64,000 nucleotides of DNA from Planctomycetota bacterium. Lineage in GTDB: Bacteria > Planctomycetota > JAJSAM01 > JAJVHW01. Within the stretch, counting starts at the first letter, position 1. The number at the start of each line of letters is the position of its first letter. The position numbers and the translations under genes were made by a program. The notes below the pieces were generated by a model. The model was not told where the DNA came from and did no database searches. It saw only the letters and a list, made by a program, of their open reading frames with translations. Below, piece after piece: positions 49,201 through 57,660 of the stretch. The DNA is taken from the NCBI GenBank assembly GCA_965248445.1, contig CBDFJG010000001.1, forward strand, positions 160,001 to 224,000, written 5' to 3'.

Positions 49201-49788
49201 CTACTCGGCCGCGTCGTCGTCGGGCGTCTCGGGAGTCTCCGGCGGCGCGGGATGCTGTTGCGGCAACGCGATGCGGCCGAGCATCTCACGCGGATCGGGC
49301 ATGGTGAGTTCCTCGATCTGCGCGGGCGACAACGCGATGTCGCCCAGCTCCTCGGGCAGGCAGACCTCTCCCATGGTCGGGGGGAGTTCCGGCGTCTCGA
49401 CGCTCGGGGTGGGCGTTTCGCCGCCACCGGACTCGATGCCTCCGGCCTCGACGGCGCCCTGAGTGCAGGCCATGAGGCCGAACGGAGCGAGCGTCGCGGC
49501 GATCAGCGCGGCCACGCGGCCCAGCCGGCGGCGGGTGCTGCGCACCGGACCGCAGTCCTTCGTCAGGACCGTGCCGTCGGCGCGACGGACCATGCGGCCG
49601 CACAGACGGCCCTCGGTGTTGGCGACAAGGTCGCCGACCTCGCCGCTGGTCATCTGCGAGAAGTCGAAGACGTTCAGGCGGCACTCGCCGCACCAGCGCT
49701 TCGCCCCCTGGCCTTCGAGTTCGTCCCACTTCATGGGACAGGGAGTGCCGACACGCAGGCTCTGCACGAGATCGTTTTTCTCAGTCAC
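49201..49788 (-). CDS. Membrane protein with N-terminal Cys-rich domain
   Basis: AGGAG RBS; PCPMKWDEL...RWCGEC...VFDFS..T...LCGR.....DGTV..KDC, then a hydrophobic segment ending MAC and an acidic tail. Confidence 0.75.
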   Translation of the reverse strand: MTEKNDLVQSLRVGTPCPMKWDELEGQGAKRWCGECRLNVFDFSQMTSGEVGDLVANTEGRLCGRMVRRADGTVLTKDCGPVRSTRRRLGRVAALIAATLAPFGLMACTQGAVEAGGIESGGGETPTPSVETPELPPTMGEVCLPEELGDIALSPAQIEELTMPDPREMLGRIALPQQHPAPPETPETPDDDAAE

Positions 49789-49969
49789 GGGGTTCTCCTG
49801 TCGGCTTCCTTCCGCGGTCTTGGACGCAGAGGGGGGTGCGGAGTTCGCGGATTCTCGGTCCGAGGCGCCCGCGAGCGCTCCCTGAGCCTGGATCGGGAGA
49901 CTGGGTCGTGCGCATGAGCCGGGACTTCGCAGTAGCCTCACCCGCGATGGGAACGAGGAGAGAACACGG

Positions 49970-50404
49970 GTGAGCGGCGACAACGGAGTGCCGGTGCCGG
50001 CGAGCGCCATCGGGATGCACGAGGGCGCACTGCCAGACGCCCGCGTCGTCCGCGCGTCGCTGCGAGCTCACTGGCCGTCGATCCGTCTCGGCGAGCGGCG
50101 GCCCCTGCAGGATCTCACCGCCGAGCGTTCGCTCGTGTTCCTGGACGGTCCCGACCGCGTGGGAGCGGCCCACTTCCCGTGGACCCTGAGCGTTCCCGGT
50201 GTCGCGATGCCCGAGCACGCGTCGCACATCTGGCTGTCGGTGCGCAACTACGACCGGGAGCGCCGCACCGAAGCCCTACGCCTGCTGGCTCGTGCGACGA
50301 CGGCGATGATCCGCGCGACGCGCGGCGACTTCGTGTGGTGGAGCGTCGGCGACAAGATCATGGCGCCCGCGGTCTTCGCCGCGTCGACCGAGCGCGAGGC
50401 ATGA
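49970..50404 (+). CDS. Hypothetical protein
   Basis: ORF overlapping the HAD start (ATGA); start uncertain (49970 or 50015). Confidence 0.45.
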   Translation: MSGDNGVPVPASAIGMHEGALPDARVVRASLRAHWPSIRLGERRPLQDLTAERSLVFLDGPDRVGAAHFPWTLSVPGVAMPEHASHIWLSVRNYDRERRTEALRLLARATTAMIRATRGDFVWWSVGDKIMAPAVFAASTEREA

Positions 50405-51246
50405 CCCCGCTGTTCGTGACGGATCTGGACGGCACGCTTCTCGACGCGGATGCGCGCCTCTCCGACACGACGCGCGACGGGCTGATGCAACTACTCGACG
50501 CTGGCGTTCTCGTCACGGTCGCTACGGCGCGCAGTCTTGCATCGATGCGGGAGATCCTCCGGGGAGTCCCGTTCACGCTACCCGTGATCGAGATGTGCGG
50601 AGCGGCGCTGACGAGACTCGACGACGAAACTCGCTACGACGTCGCGGATCTGTCGCACGACGTCGTGCACGACATCGTGGAGATCGCACGGGAACGCAAC
50701 ATGCCGCCGTACCTCTCCGCGCAGGCGGATGGCCGCGATCATCTGTTTCACGAGGCGAGCACGAATGACGCCATGCGCTGGTACGAGGATGACCGCAAGA
50801 GGCTGCCGGATCCACGCTTGACGCCGGTCCATTGCGTCAAATCCGCGGTCGCCGGAGCCGTGCTTTGCCTGACGTTCATGGGATTCGAGGAGCGCGTCCG
50901 CGACGCCGCATCTGTCATCTCCACCAGACATGAGAGCGTGACGGTCAACGTGTACGAGAACCCCTACCACCGCGGCTGGTGGTGGGCTTCGGTGCTCTCG
51001 GAGCGGGCGCAAAAGGGCGCCGCGCTCCGCCGTTTGGTGGCGCGTCACGGTCTCGAAGACGCACGAATCGTCGCATTTGGCGACACCGAGACGGACCTCT
51101 CGCTGTTCGAGGCGGCGCACCACGCCATCGCTCCCGCGAACGCGGAGCCAGCCGCCAGGCGCGCGGCGGACGAGATCATCCCGCCGCACACGGAGGACAG
51201 CGTCGTGCGGTGGATGCTCGAAGCTGCGGGGCGAGTGGGAGCCTAG
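50401..51246 (+). CDS. HAD superfamily hydrolase (Cof-like)
   Basis: FVTDLDGTLL, VATAR, KGAAL, AFGDTETDLSLF. Confidence 0.9.
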   Translation: MTPLFVTDLDGTLLDADARLSDTTRDGLMQLLDAGVLVTVATARSLASMREILRGVPFTLPVIEMCGAALTRLDDETRYDVADLSHDVVHDIVEIARERNMPPYLSAQADGRDHLFHEASTNDAMRWYEDDRKRLPDPRLTPVHCVKSAVAGAVLCLTFMGFEERVRDAASVISTRHESVTVNVYENPYHRGWWWASVLSERAQKGAALRRLVARHGLEDARIVAFGDTETDLSLFEAAHHAIAPANAEPAARRAADEIIPPHTEDSVVRWMLEAAGRVGA

Positions 51247-51299
51247 TCCCGGTCCGACAATGACTGCTTGAAGTTGTCGCTGAGGGCCGTAAAGTAATC

Positions 51300-51480
51300 C
51301 CCAGGTGATGAGTAGTCATGGGGAGGCGGGACACGATCCCGTTCCCGAGTCAACGAGGTCGGTCGAAGCGCAACCGCTCCCTCTGACATTTCGAACGCTT
51401 GTCCGCCACCGCTTCGGCGGTGTCGGATAGCGGAGCACCCCGTTACGACCCTTGAGCCTGGGGTCAGGGGACTCCCTTCT
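51300..51480 (+). ncRNA. Candidate structured non-coding RNA (family unassigned)
   Basis: TTGAAG-N16-TAAAGT upstream; nested helices including a C-UUCG-G capped hairpin and G-U pairs valid on +; followed by a second UUCG hairpin. Confidence 0.45.
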
Positions 51481-51485
51481 CTCTC

Positions 51486-51515
51486 GCTCCGGGTCTGCTT
51501 CGGTGGGCCCGGAGC
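51486..51515 (+). terminator. UUCG-capped hairpin, possible terminator
   Basis: GCTCCGGGTCTGC-TTCG-GTGGGCCCGGAGC, a 13-bp stem with G-U pairs; weak U-tract. Confidence 0.5.
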
Positions 51516-51584
51516 ACTCTGATTCTGGGCACTCTGATTCTAGGCGGCGCGGAGCGCGCCTATAGAGAGTGCTCCGGCGTGTAT

Positions 51585-51617
51585 CCCTCCTACGCGGTCT
51601 CCGACCGCTACGGAGGG
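51585..51617 (+). repeat. REP-like palindrome, copy C
   Basis: CCCTCCTACGCGGTCTCCGACCGCTACGGAGGG. Confidence 0.75.
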
Positions 51618-51940
51618 CTTCTGTCACGCGGTGCGTGGCACCCGACGTGACATCGCGATTCACGCAACGAGTGCCTGCCCATCGAGTGCGGTCTGCGACC
51701 GCTAGGCCGGAGCTGCGGTCACTCCTCCGCGATTCGCGCGACGAGGGCAGACCCCGCACGTGGGGCGGGGTTCCACCCCGCCCGTGCATCGTGCGCGAGG
51801 CGCACCGGGTGAGTCCAACTGACGGGCGGGCACGCCATCGGCGAGCTGCTGGGGACCGCGTCTCACGAGGACGGAACGCCCCCGATGCGTCGCGGGCGGG
51901 CGGGACGTGTCAACGACTTTGAGACACCGCGTCTTCGAGT

Positions 51941-52969
51941 TTAGTGAGCAGCCTCCTGTGTCGCAGTCTCCAGCGCCGCGAGTTCCCGGGCCGGCGGGTT
52001 GATCCACGTCTCGGTCGGCAGAGCCGGCGGCGTCGGCGCACGGCGCACGAAGCGCTCGGGATGCGCCGCGTACGCGGCATCGAGCACGACCGAGCGCGCG
52101 GCGACGGCCGCTTCGGCGCGGCCGTAGTGCACGGTCTCGGGCGTCAGCAGCCCGAGACTCGAGTGACGATGCTCGCGGTTGTACCAGTGGAAAAAGGCGC
52201 GGCAGTGCGCCCGCGCGTCCTCGATGCAGCCGAAGCGCGCTGGGAAGTCCGGCCGGTACTTCAGCGTGCGGAATTGGCTCTCGGAAAACGGATTGTCATT
52301 CGACGTGTACGGCCGGCTGTGCGACTTCGTCACGCCGAGATCGGCGAGCAGAAAGGCCACCGGCTTGCTGATCATCGGCGGCCCCCGATCGGAGTGGATC
52401 GTGAGCTGCTCCGCCGCGATCCCCTGCTTCTCGCAGGACTGCTCGATGAGTGCCGTCGCCAGCGCACCGCTCTCGCAGTCCGCCAGCATCCAGCCCACGA
52501 CGTTGCGGGAGTAGATGTCGAGCACGACGTAGAGATAGAAGTAGCTCCACTTCACCGGGCCGCGGAGCTTGGTGATGTCCCAGCTCCAGACCTGGTTCGG
52601 GGAGGTCGCGAGGAGCTCGGGCTTCTTGTACGCGGGATGACGCAGCTGGTTGCGGCGCTCACGCACAGCACCAGCCGCACCGAGGATGCGGTACATCGTG
52701 CGCACCGAGCACAGGTAGCGTCCCTCGTCGAGCAGGATCGCCCACGCCGCAAGCGGTGACAGATCGCAGAAGCGCTCCTCGCTCAGCACCGCGAGTACGG
52801 TAAGACGCTCGTCGATCGTGAGGGCGCGCGGCGAGCGCCGGCGCGGCTGCTGGGGCCGGGGGCACGTGCGTGCCGTTCGGCGCCGATAGAGCGTGGCGCG
52901 CGTGACTCCGAGCGCGCGGCACGCGGGGGCGACGCCCACGCGTCCCCCCAGCTCCTCCGCCGCAATCAC
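51941..52969 (-). CDS. IS3-family transposase OrfB (DDE integrase core)
   Basis: PNQVWSWDITKL, LDIYSRNVVGW, HSDRG, DNPFSESQFRTLKY, YNREHRHSSL; GTG overlaps the orfA stop. Confidence 0.92.
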   Translation of the reverse strand: MIAAEELGGRVGVAPACRALGVTRATLYRRRTARTCPRPQQPRRRSPRALTIDERLTVLAVLSEERFCDLSPLAAWAILLDEGRYLCSVRTMYRILGAAGAVRERRNQLRHPAYKKPELLATSPNQVWSWDITKLRGPVKWSYFYLYVVLDIYSRNVVGWMLADCESGALATALIEQSCEKQGIAAEQLTIHSDRGPPMISKPVAFLLADLGVTKSHSRPYTSNDNPFSESQFRTLKYRPDFPARFGCIEDARAHCRAFFHWYNREHRHSSLGLLTPETVHYGRAEAAVAARSVVLDAAYAAHPERFVRRAPTPPALPTETWINPPARELAALETATQEAAH

Positions 52970-53469
52970 GTGTCGCTCCCGCTCGTCTCGGGCATCTCGA
53001 TGCCCAGCAGCCGTGAGACTTTTCGCTGCACGTCGATGATCACCTCGGCCGTCTCGAGCCGCTTCTCGAGACGGGCGACTTCGCGCTCGAGCTGCTCGTT
53101 GCGCTTCTTGAGCGCACGGTCCGGATCGGGCTTGGGACCACGCCGCTTGGGCGAGAGCGCCTCGAGCTGGCCCTGGTCCCGCGCGCGCCGCCACGTCAAC
53201 AAGTGCGAGGAGTACAGCCCCTCACGGCGCAAGAGAGCGCCGATCTCGCCGGGCTTCGTGCACGCGTCCGCCGCCTCGATGATCCGTAGCTTGTACGCGG
53301 CGCCAAAGCGCCGCCGCGAGGCGCGCGGCACGACCTCGGGGTCGCGCACCCCAACGTCCCCCGGGCCGCGCGCCCCGGGGGAGCCCCCTCCGCCTCGATC
53401 GCGCTCGCTATGCTCGCCCTCCCTCGGCTCCGGGATCTCCCCCGGCGCTGTGTTGTGGTTGTTCGTCAT
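52966..53469 (-). CDS. IS3-family transposase OrfA (HTH + coiled coil)
   Basis: RRRFGAAYKLRI, GALLRREGLYSSHL.TWR, leucine-zipper-like C-terminus; GGAGG RBS. Confidence 0.88.
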   Translation of the reverse strand: MTNNHNTAPGEIPEPREGEHSERDRGGGGSPGARGPGDVGVRDPEVVPRASRRRFGAAYKLRIIEAADACTKPGEIGALLRREGLYSSHLLTWRRARDQGQLEALSPKRRGPKPDPDRALKKRNEQLEREVARLEKRLETAEVIIDVQRKVSRLLGIEMPETSGSDT

Positions 53470-53541
53470 CGCTGGTTCCTCCACCGCCCTGCACAGTAAT
53501 CATCCGTGGGGTCGGTGTCTCAGCCACGTTGGCACAGAGGG

Positions 53542-54021
53542 GGCGCCCACGGTGACCGCGTACTGGAACGCGGACGAGAGGACGGCAGCATGGTGTCGAG
53601 TCGTTGCCGCTCTGAGCCCCTTACGTCGGCTGAACGTGTCGAGCAGCTGCTGCACGTCACCGGTCGTGATCGACGCGAGCGCGCGCTTCCCGAAGTGCTT
53701 GGCCGCGTCACGGATGAACCCGCGTCGCCCGGCGACCGTGGCCGGTCGGAGCGTTGCCTCCCAGTGCCGGAGCAGCGCGGGCGCGAGGGCCTCGAGTGTG
53801 ACGTTGCCGACCTGGCGTTCACCGCTGAGTCGCGCGGCGTCGCGCTCGGTGCCCTTCTTCCGGAGGTACGCCTCGGCTTCGCTCTTGTTCCGCCCGCCGT
53901 ACTCCTGGTGGCGACCGCCCCAGGCGTCCGTGTAGCGGACGTAGAAGCCGGAGTAGAGGGTCCCGTTGGACCTCTTGCGGCGGAACACGGACCCGAATCT
54001 GCGTCGCTTCTTGGCGGCCAT
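53542..54021 (-). pseudogene. Truncated tyrosine integrase (arm-binding and core-binding domains only)
   Basis: MAAKKRRRFGSVFRR...FYVRYTD...G...KSEAEA...LRPAT...FGKRALASIT..DVQ...LSSAFQYAV; the reading runs into the IS end and no catalytic domain follows. Confidence 0.8.
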
Positions 54022-54088
54022 CTTGTGCCTAACTCCTGTCGCGCTAGTGTACCAAATAGGGCACAAGCGGGGAGTCTAGGCTCGCCGG

Positions 54089-55987
54089 TCAATAGTACTG
54101 GTACTGCGAGCTGCTGAGCAGGGCGAGCGCGGCGGTGCGCCAGGTGGCGCCGGGTTCGCTGAGCACCTCGACGAACGCCTTGAGTTCGTCTGCGCTCGGG
54201 TCGCGGCCGAGGAGCCGGTTGAAGAGGCTCGTGATCGTGTCGGCGCTGATGCTCGTCGCCTTCGCGCTGCCGTCGCTGGTGCGCGAGCCGCCGGTTGGGT
54301 CCTCGTCTTCCGGCGCGGGGCCGTCGAGTCCGGCGGGCGGCAGGACGGCGCCGCTGTCGAGCATCACCTTCGCGAGCACGCCGCGGACGGGTGCGGGATC
54401 GGTGAGCGCCTGAAGGGCGTTGCGCATGTTGCGGAACTCCTGCAGAGCCGGCGGGCGGCCCAGGAGGTCGACGAACAACCCGCGTATGAACTGGTGGTCG
54501 TCCTTGATGACGGGTGGGCGCTCCTCCTGCTGGTACTCCTCGCTCGTCAGCCACTCGCGGAGGATCTTCGGGAACTCCATCGGATCGAGCTTCATGCGCT
54601 CGACGGCAACGTAGTGCTCCTCCTCCGTGAGCGGTGCACCGCGGTAGCGCATGGCCATGCGGTTCGCGAACACCTCGAGGTACGCCGGCTGGGCCAGGCT
54701 GATCTGCACGACGTTGGCCTGGTTGGTGCCGAGCGTCTTGAAGATGCGCGTTTTCTCGCCGTCGTACATCTTCTTGGCGGCCTCGAGGAGGCGAACGTCC
54801 TTCTGCACCTCGATGCCGAGGAACTGCTCGAGGATGACGGTGACGTACGTGTCGTTGCCCGGATTGCGTGAGTTGAACTCGGCGCTGAGAGCGAACTCCA
54901 TGTGCGCGTCGCGGAAGCTCGCGCGGCCCTCGCGCATGCGCCCTGGGATGGCCGCGAGGCGGTCGCTGACCGGGCGGAAGCGGTCGATCAGCAGGAAGTA
55001 GAAACTCTCTTCCTTGAACCAGTGCTCCCAGGTCTCGGCGGCGCCGAGCAACTTGTCCACGCGGTCCTCGAAGGGAAGCGCCGCGACTTGCGCGAGTTCC
55101 TCCTCGATCGGACTGCGTCCGTAGAGATCGAAGTACAGGCGGCGGGTGAGACGGCGCTCGACGCTCGCCACCTTGGCGAGCGGCTCGGTCGTGGGGCCGT
55201 CGCCGGCGGTGCCGGTCTCGCGGACGCGTGTTGCGTCGACGCGCACGTAAACCGGCCATGCGCCGAGCTTCTCCGCCTTCACGTTGCAGCGGATGACCCA
55301 CGGGCCCGCGCGGTCGGGGGTGACCTTGGTCTTGGCGCCCGACTTCGCTTCGAGCTTGGCCTCTGCTCCGAGCGGCTTCTCGAGGATCTCCCACGTGACG
55401 GCCGGCTTGTCGCCGTCCGGATCGAAGGAGAGTGTCGCGTCGAGGTTCAGTTCGGTGCCGACGTCGAGCGTGCGCGGCCACGGGGCGAGCACTGCGACGG
55501 GGGGCTTCTCTGTCGCGCTTGCGCCGAAGATCCAGCTGACGAGCGGTCCCTGGGGATCGAGGAGTGCCGTGTCGAAGTCCGTCCCGTCGGCCTTGCCACC
55601 GTCGTGGTCGACGCCGCCGCGGGTCATCGGGGCGAGCTTCGAGAGGAGTGTGCTGCGTTCGGGGGCCGGCGCGTGCAGGAGGGCAGTGATGCCCTTGTAG
55701 TTGGCTTCGACGGACTCGGGGGTCCAGGAGGTGCCGTCGTCCGGCGCGGTCAGGCGGTGGCGGGTGATGTTGTCCGGGTCGTCCGCGTCGTGACACCCGA
55801 TGCACTCGCGCTCGAGCAGAGGGAGCACGTCCGTGCGGAAGAAAGCGGGGTCGTGGCGCACGATCTGCTGCATCTGCATGCCGCCCTCCATCTCGTCCAT
55901 CTTGTCCTGGGCGTGAGCCAGGACGGCGACGGCGAAGAGGGCGCTCGTGGCGAGAGCGGCGGCCAGGTGGTGGGCTCGGAGCTTCAC
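54089..55987 (-). CDS. Secreted planctomycete-type protein: monoheme CxxCH + PKD-like + DUF1549/DUF1553-like domains
   Basis: Signal peptide ending AHA; FFRTDVLPLLERECIGCH; LDATLSFDPDGD; RRLYFDLYGRSP, GLFVDLLGRPP, LFNRLLGRDPSADE...ALLSSSQYQYY. Confidence 0.75.
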   Translation of the reverse strand: MKLRAHHLAAALATSALFAVAVLAHAQDKMDEMEGGMQMQQIVRHDPAFFRTDVLPLLERECIGCHDADDPDNITRHRLTAPDDGTSWTPESVEANYKGITALLHAPAPERSTLLSKLAPMTRGGVDHDGGKADGTDFDTALLDPQGPLVSWIFGASATEKPPVAVLAPWPRTLDVGTELNLDATLSFDPDGDKPAVTWEILEKPLGAEAKLEAKSGAKTKVTPDRAGPWVIRCNVKAEKLGAWPVYVRVDATRVRETGTAGDGPTTEPLAKVASVERRLTRRLYFDLYGRSPIEEELAQVAALPFEDRVDKLLGAAETWEHWFKEESFYFLLIDRFRPVSDRLAAIPGRMREGRASFRDAHMEFALSAEFNSRNPGNDTYVTVILEQFLGIEVQKDVRLLEAAKKMYDGEKTRIFKTLGTNQANVVQISLAQPAYLEVFANRMAMRYRGAPLTEEEHYVAVERMKLDPMEFPKILREWLTSEEYQQEERPPVIKDDHQFIRGLFVDLLGRPPALQEFRNMRNALQALTDPAPVRGVLAKVMLDSGAVLPPAGLDGPAPEDEDPTGGSRTSDGSAKATSISADTITSLFNRLLGRDPSADELKAFVEVLSEPGATWRTAALALLSSSQYQYY

Positions 55988-56497
55988 GTCACACATGGTA
56001 CCGGGGGATCGGCCGGGCGCAGGCTCCACTGGAGGCGTGAGCGCTGCGCGCGCCACTCGTGGGCTCGGACCCCGTCCATGCCGCTGCTGACTGCGTTGTT
56101 CACGCACTCAGCTCGCTCGGGCGCTGGCACGCGCCCTGGCGCCGCGGCCGTTCGCGCCGTCCGGCGCAGCGTGCTGCTCGGGCCTGCCTGTCGGCCGGGA
56201 CGGAGCCCAGTGGTGAGCCTGACCCTTCCCCGCTCGGTCGGCGCTCACCCCACCCACCCACGGGGGAGGACGGTGCGGGCAGGGCTCCGGTTACATCTGC
56301 CGTTCGGACGCGGCGCTGCCGCGGTTCGCAGCGAGACGCTCCCGCTGCTGCGACCCATGCGGAAGACCGCTCGCTACGCCACATCGCTCGGCTGGCGCGG
56401 CGCGGTGGTTCCCGTTCCGCGTTGCTGCTTCGCGTGCCGTAGGCACACAGGAGCACTGCGGAGAGCTCTCGCCACCTCGGCCCGACCCAACAAGCAA

Positions 56498-56562
56498 CCG
56501 CTCTTCTGATTCACGCGAAGCGTGAATCAGAAGAGCGGGGTGATCGTTCGATCACCCCGCTC
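56498..56562. terminator. Two overlapping perfect hairpins downstream of the histone-like gene
   Basis: 19-bp stem 56498-56538 (GAA loop) and 13-bp stem 56533-56562. Confidence 0.5.
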
Positions 56563-56590
56563 CGAACGGACCTTGGCCCGTCGTGAGTTG

Positions 56591-57133
56591 CTAGCGAGAG
56601 GACTTGCGGCGCGAGGCCTTCTTGCGAGTCGTCTTCTTGCGGCGTGTCGCCTTCTTACGAGTCGCCTTCTTGCGAGTCGCCTTCTTGCGACGTGTCGTCT
56701 TCTTGCGACGCGTCGTCTTCTTGCGAGTCGCCTTCTTCCGGCGTGTCGTCTTCTTGCGACGCTTCGCCTTCTTGCGAGTCGCCTTCTTGCGACGTGTCGT
56801 CTTCTTGCGAGTCGCCTTCTTCCGGCGTGTCGTCTTCTTACGACGCGTCGTCTTCTTGCGAGTCGCCTTCTTCCGGCGTGTCGTCTTCTTACGACGCGTC
56901 GTCTTCTTGCGAGTCGCCTTCTTGCGGCGTGTCGTCTTCTTGCGACGCGTCGCCTTCTTGCGGGTCGCCTTCTTGCGACGTGTCGTCTTCTTGCGAGTCG
57001 CCTTCTTGCGGCGTGTCGTCTTCTTACGACGCGTCGTCTTCTTGCGAGTCGCCTTCTTGCGGGTGGCCTTCTTGCGAGTGGCCTTCTTCCGCTTTGCCGG
57101 CTTACGTCGCCGGCCAGACTTCTTTGCGGCCAT
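56591..57133 (-). CDS. Histone H1-like Lys/Arg-rich repeat protein
   Basis: GGAGG RBS; MAAKKSGRRRKPAK followed by many RKKAT/RKKTTR units (15/18-bp tandem repeats). Confidence 0.85.
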   Translation of the reverse strand: MAAKKSGRRRKPAKRKKATRKKATRKKATRKKTTRRKKTTRRKKATRKKTTRRKKATRKKATRRKKTTRRKKATRKKTTRRKKTTRRKKATRKKTTRRKKTTRRKKATRKKTTRRKKATRKKAKRRKKTTRRKKATRKKTTRRKKTTRRKKATRKKATRKKATRRKKTTRKKASRRKSSR

Positions 57134-57247
57134 AGTTGAGATACCTCCGTGTGTGCACGCACATGAGAGCGACACGGCCGTGTGTCACTCTTCACTCAGT
57201 ACATCGACCGAGTTGCCTCAGTACTTCGACAAGCCTTCAGAGAATCT

Positions 57248-57568
57248 TCAGCCGGTGTTGTCCCGGCGCGTCATGACATTGACCCAATGCGCGTACGAGT
57301 TGTTCAATCCACACACTTCCAACACCGCAATCTCCGGAACTTTGTACGGATGCAACTCCTCGACGCGGGCGGTCAGGGCGTCGACCCGGTCCGCCGCGGT
57401 CTTGATCACGAGCAGAGTCTCCTCGTCGGTGGTGACAGCACCCTCCCAGCGGTAGACCGAGGTCACGGCGGGGAGGATGTTCACGCAGGCGGCAAGCCGC
57501 TCCTCGACCAGCGTAGAAGCCAGTGTTCTGGCGGCTTTGGGCGGGACGGTGGACAGGACGATGCGCAT
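57248..57568 (-). CDS. cutA: Divalent-cation tolerance protein CutA
   Basis: LVEERLAACVN, SVYRWEG, EETLLVIKT, HPYKVPEI. Confidence 0.92.
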   Translation of the reverse strand: MRIVLSTVPPKAARTLASTLVEERLAACVNILPAVTSVYRWEGAVTTDEETLLVIKTAADRVDALTARVEELHPYKVPEIAVLEVCGLNNSYAHWVNVMTRRDNTG

Positions 57569-57660
57569 CCCCGCGCCTCCATGGGGGCCTCCACGCGGTG
57601 CCTGGCAGGTGCCCCGGCAGGCCGCGTTGCCGCCATCCTCGCACGCACGCGGGACCCCTC

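Larger units (their letters stand above)
51901..53541 (-). mobile_element. IS3-family insertion sequence
   Basis: orfA/orfB pair; imperfect inverted repeats TGTCAACGACTTTGAGACACCG (from 51908) and TGCCAACGTGGCTGAGACACCG (from 53534, minus). Ends probably extend about 7 nt outward; no target duplication seen. Confidence 0.88.

Noticed and set aside
51620..51900. 3' half of the interrupted integrase
   Set aside because: The minus-strand frames show no tyrosine-recombinase R...HxxR...Y motifs; the region is palindrome-rich non-coding DNA.
56604..57455. Long plus-strand ORFs with RVAFL or SPSCE repeats; regular repeats suggestive of a CRISPR array
   Set aside because: These are antisense shadows of the histone-like gene. 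The repeats are contiguous 15/18-bp units with no unique spacers and no cas genes.
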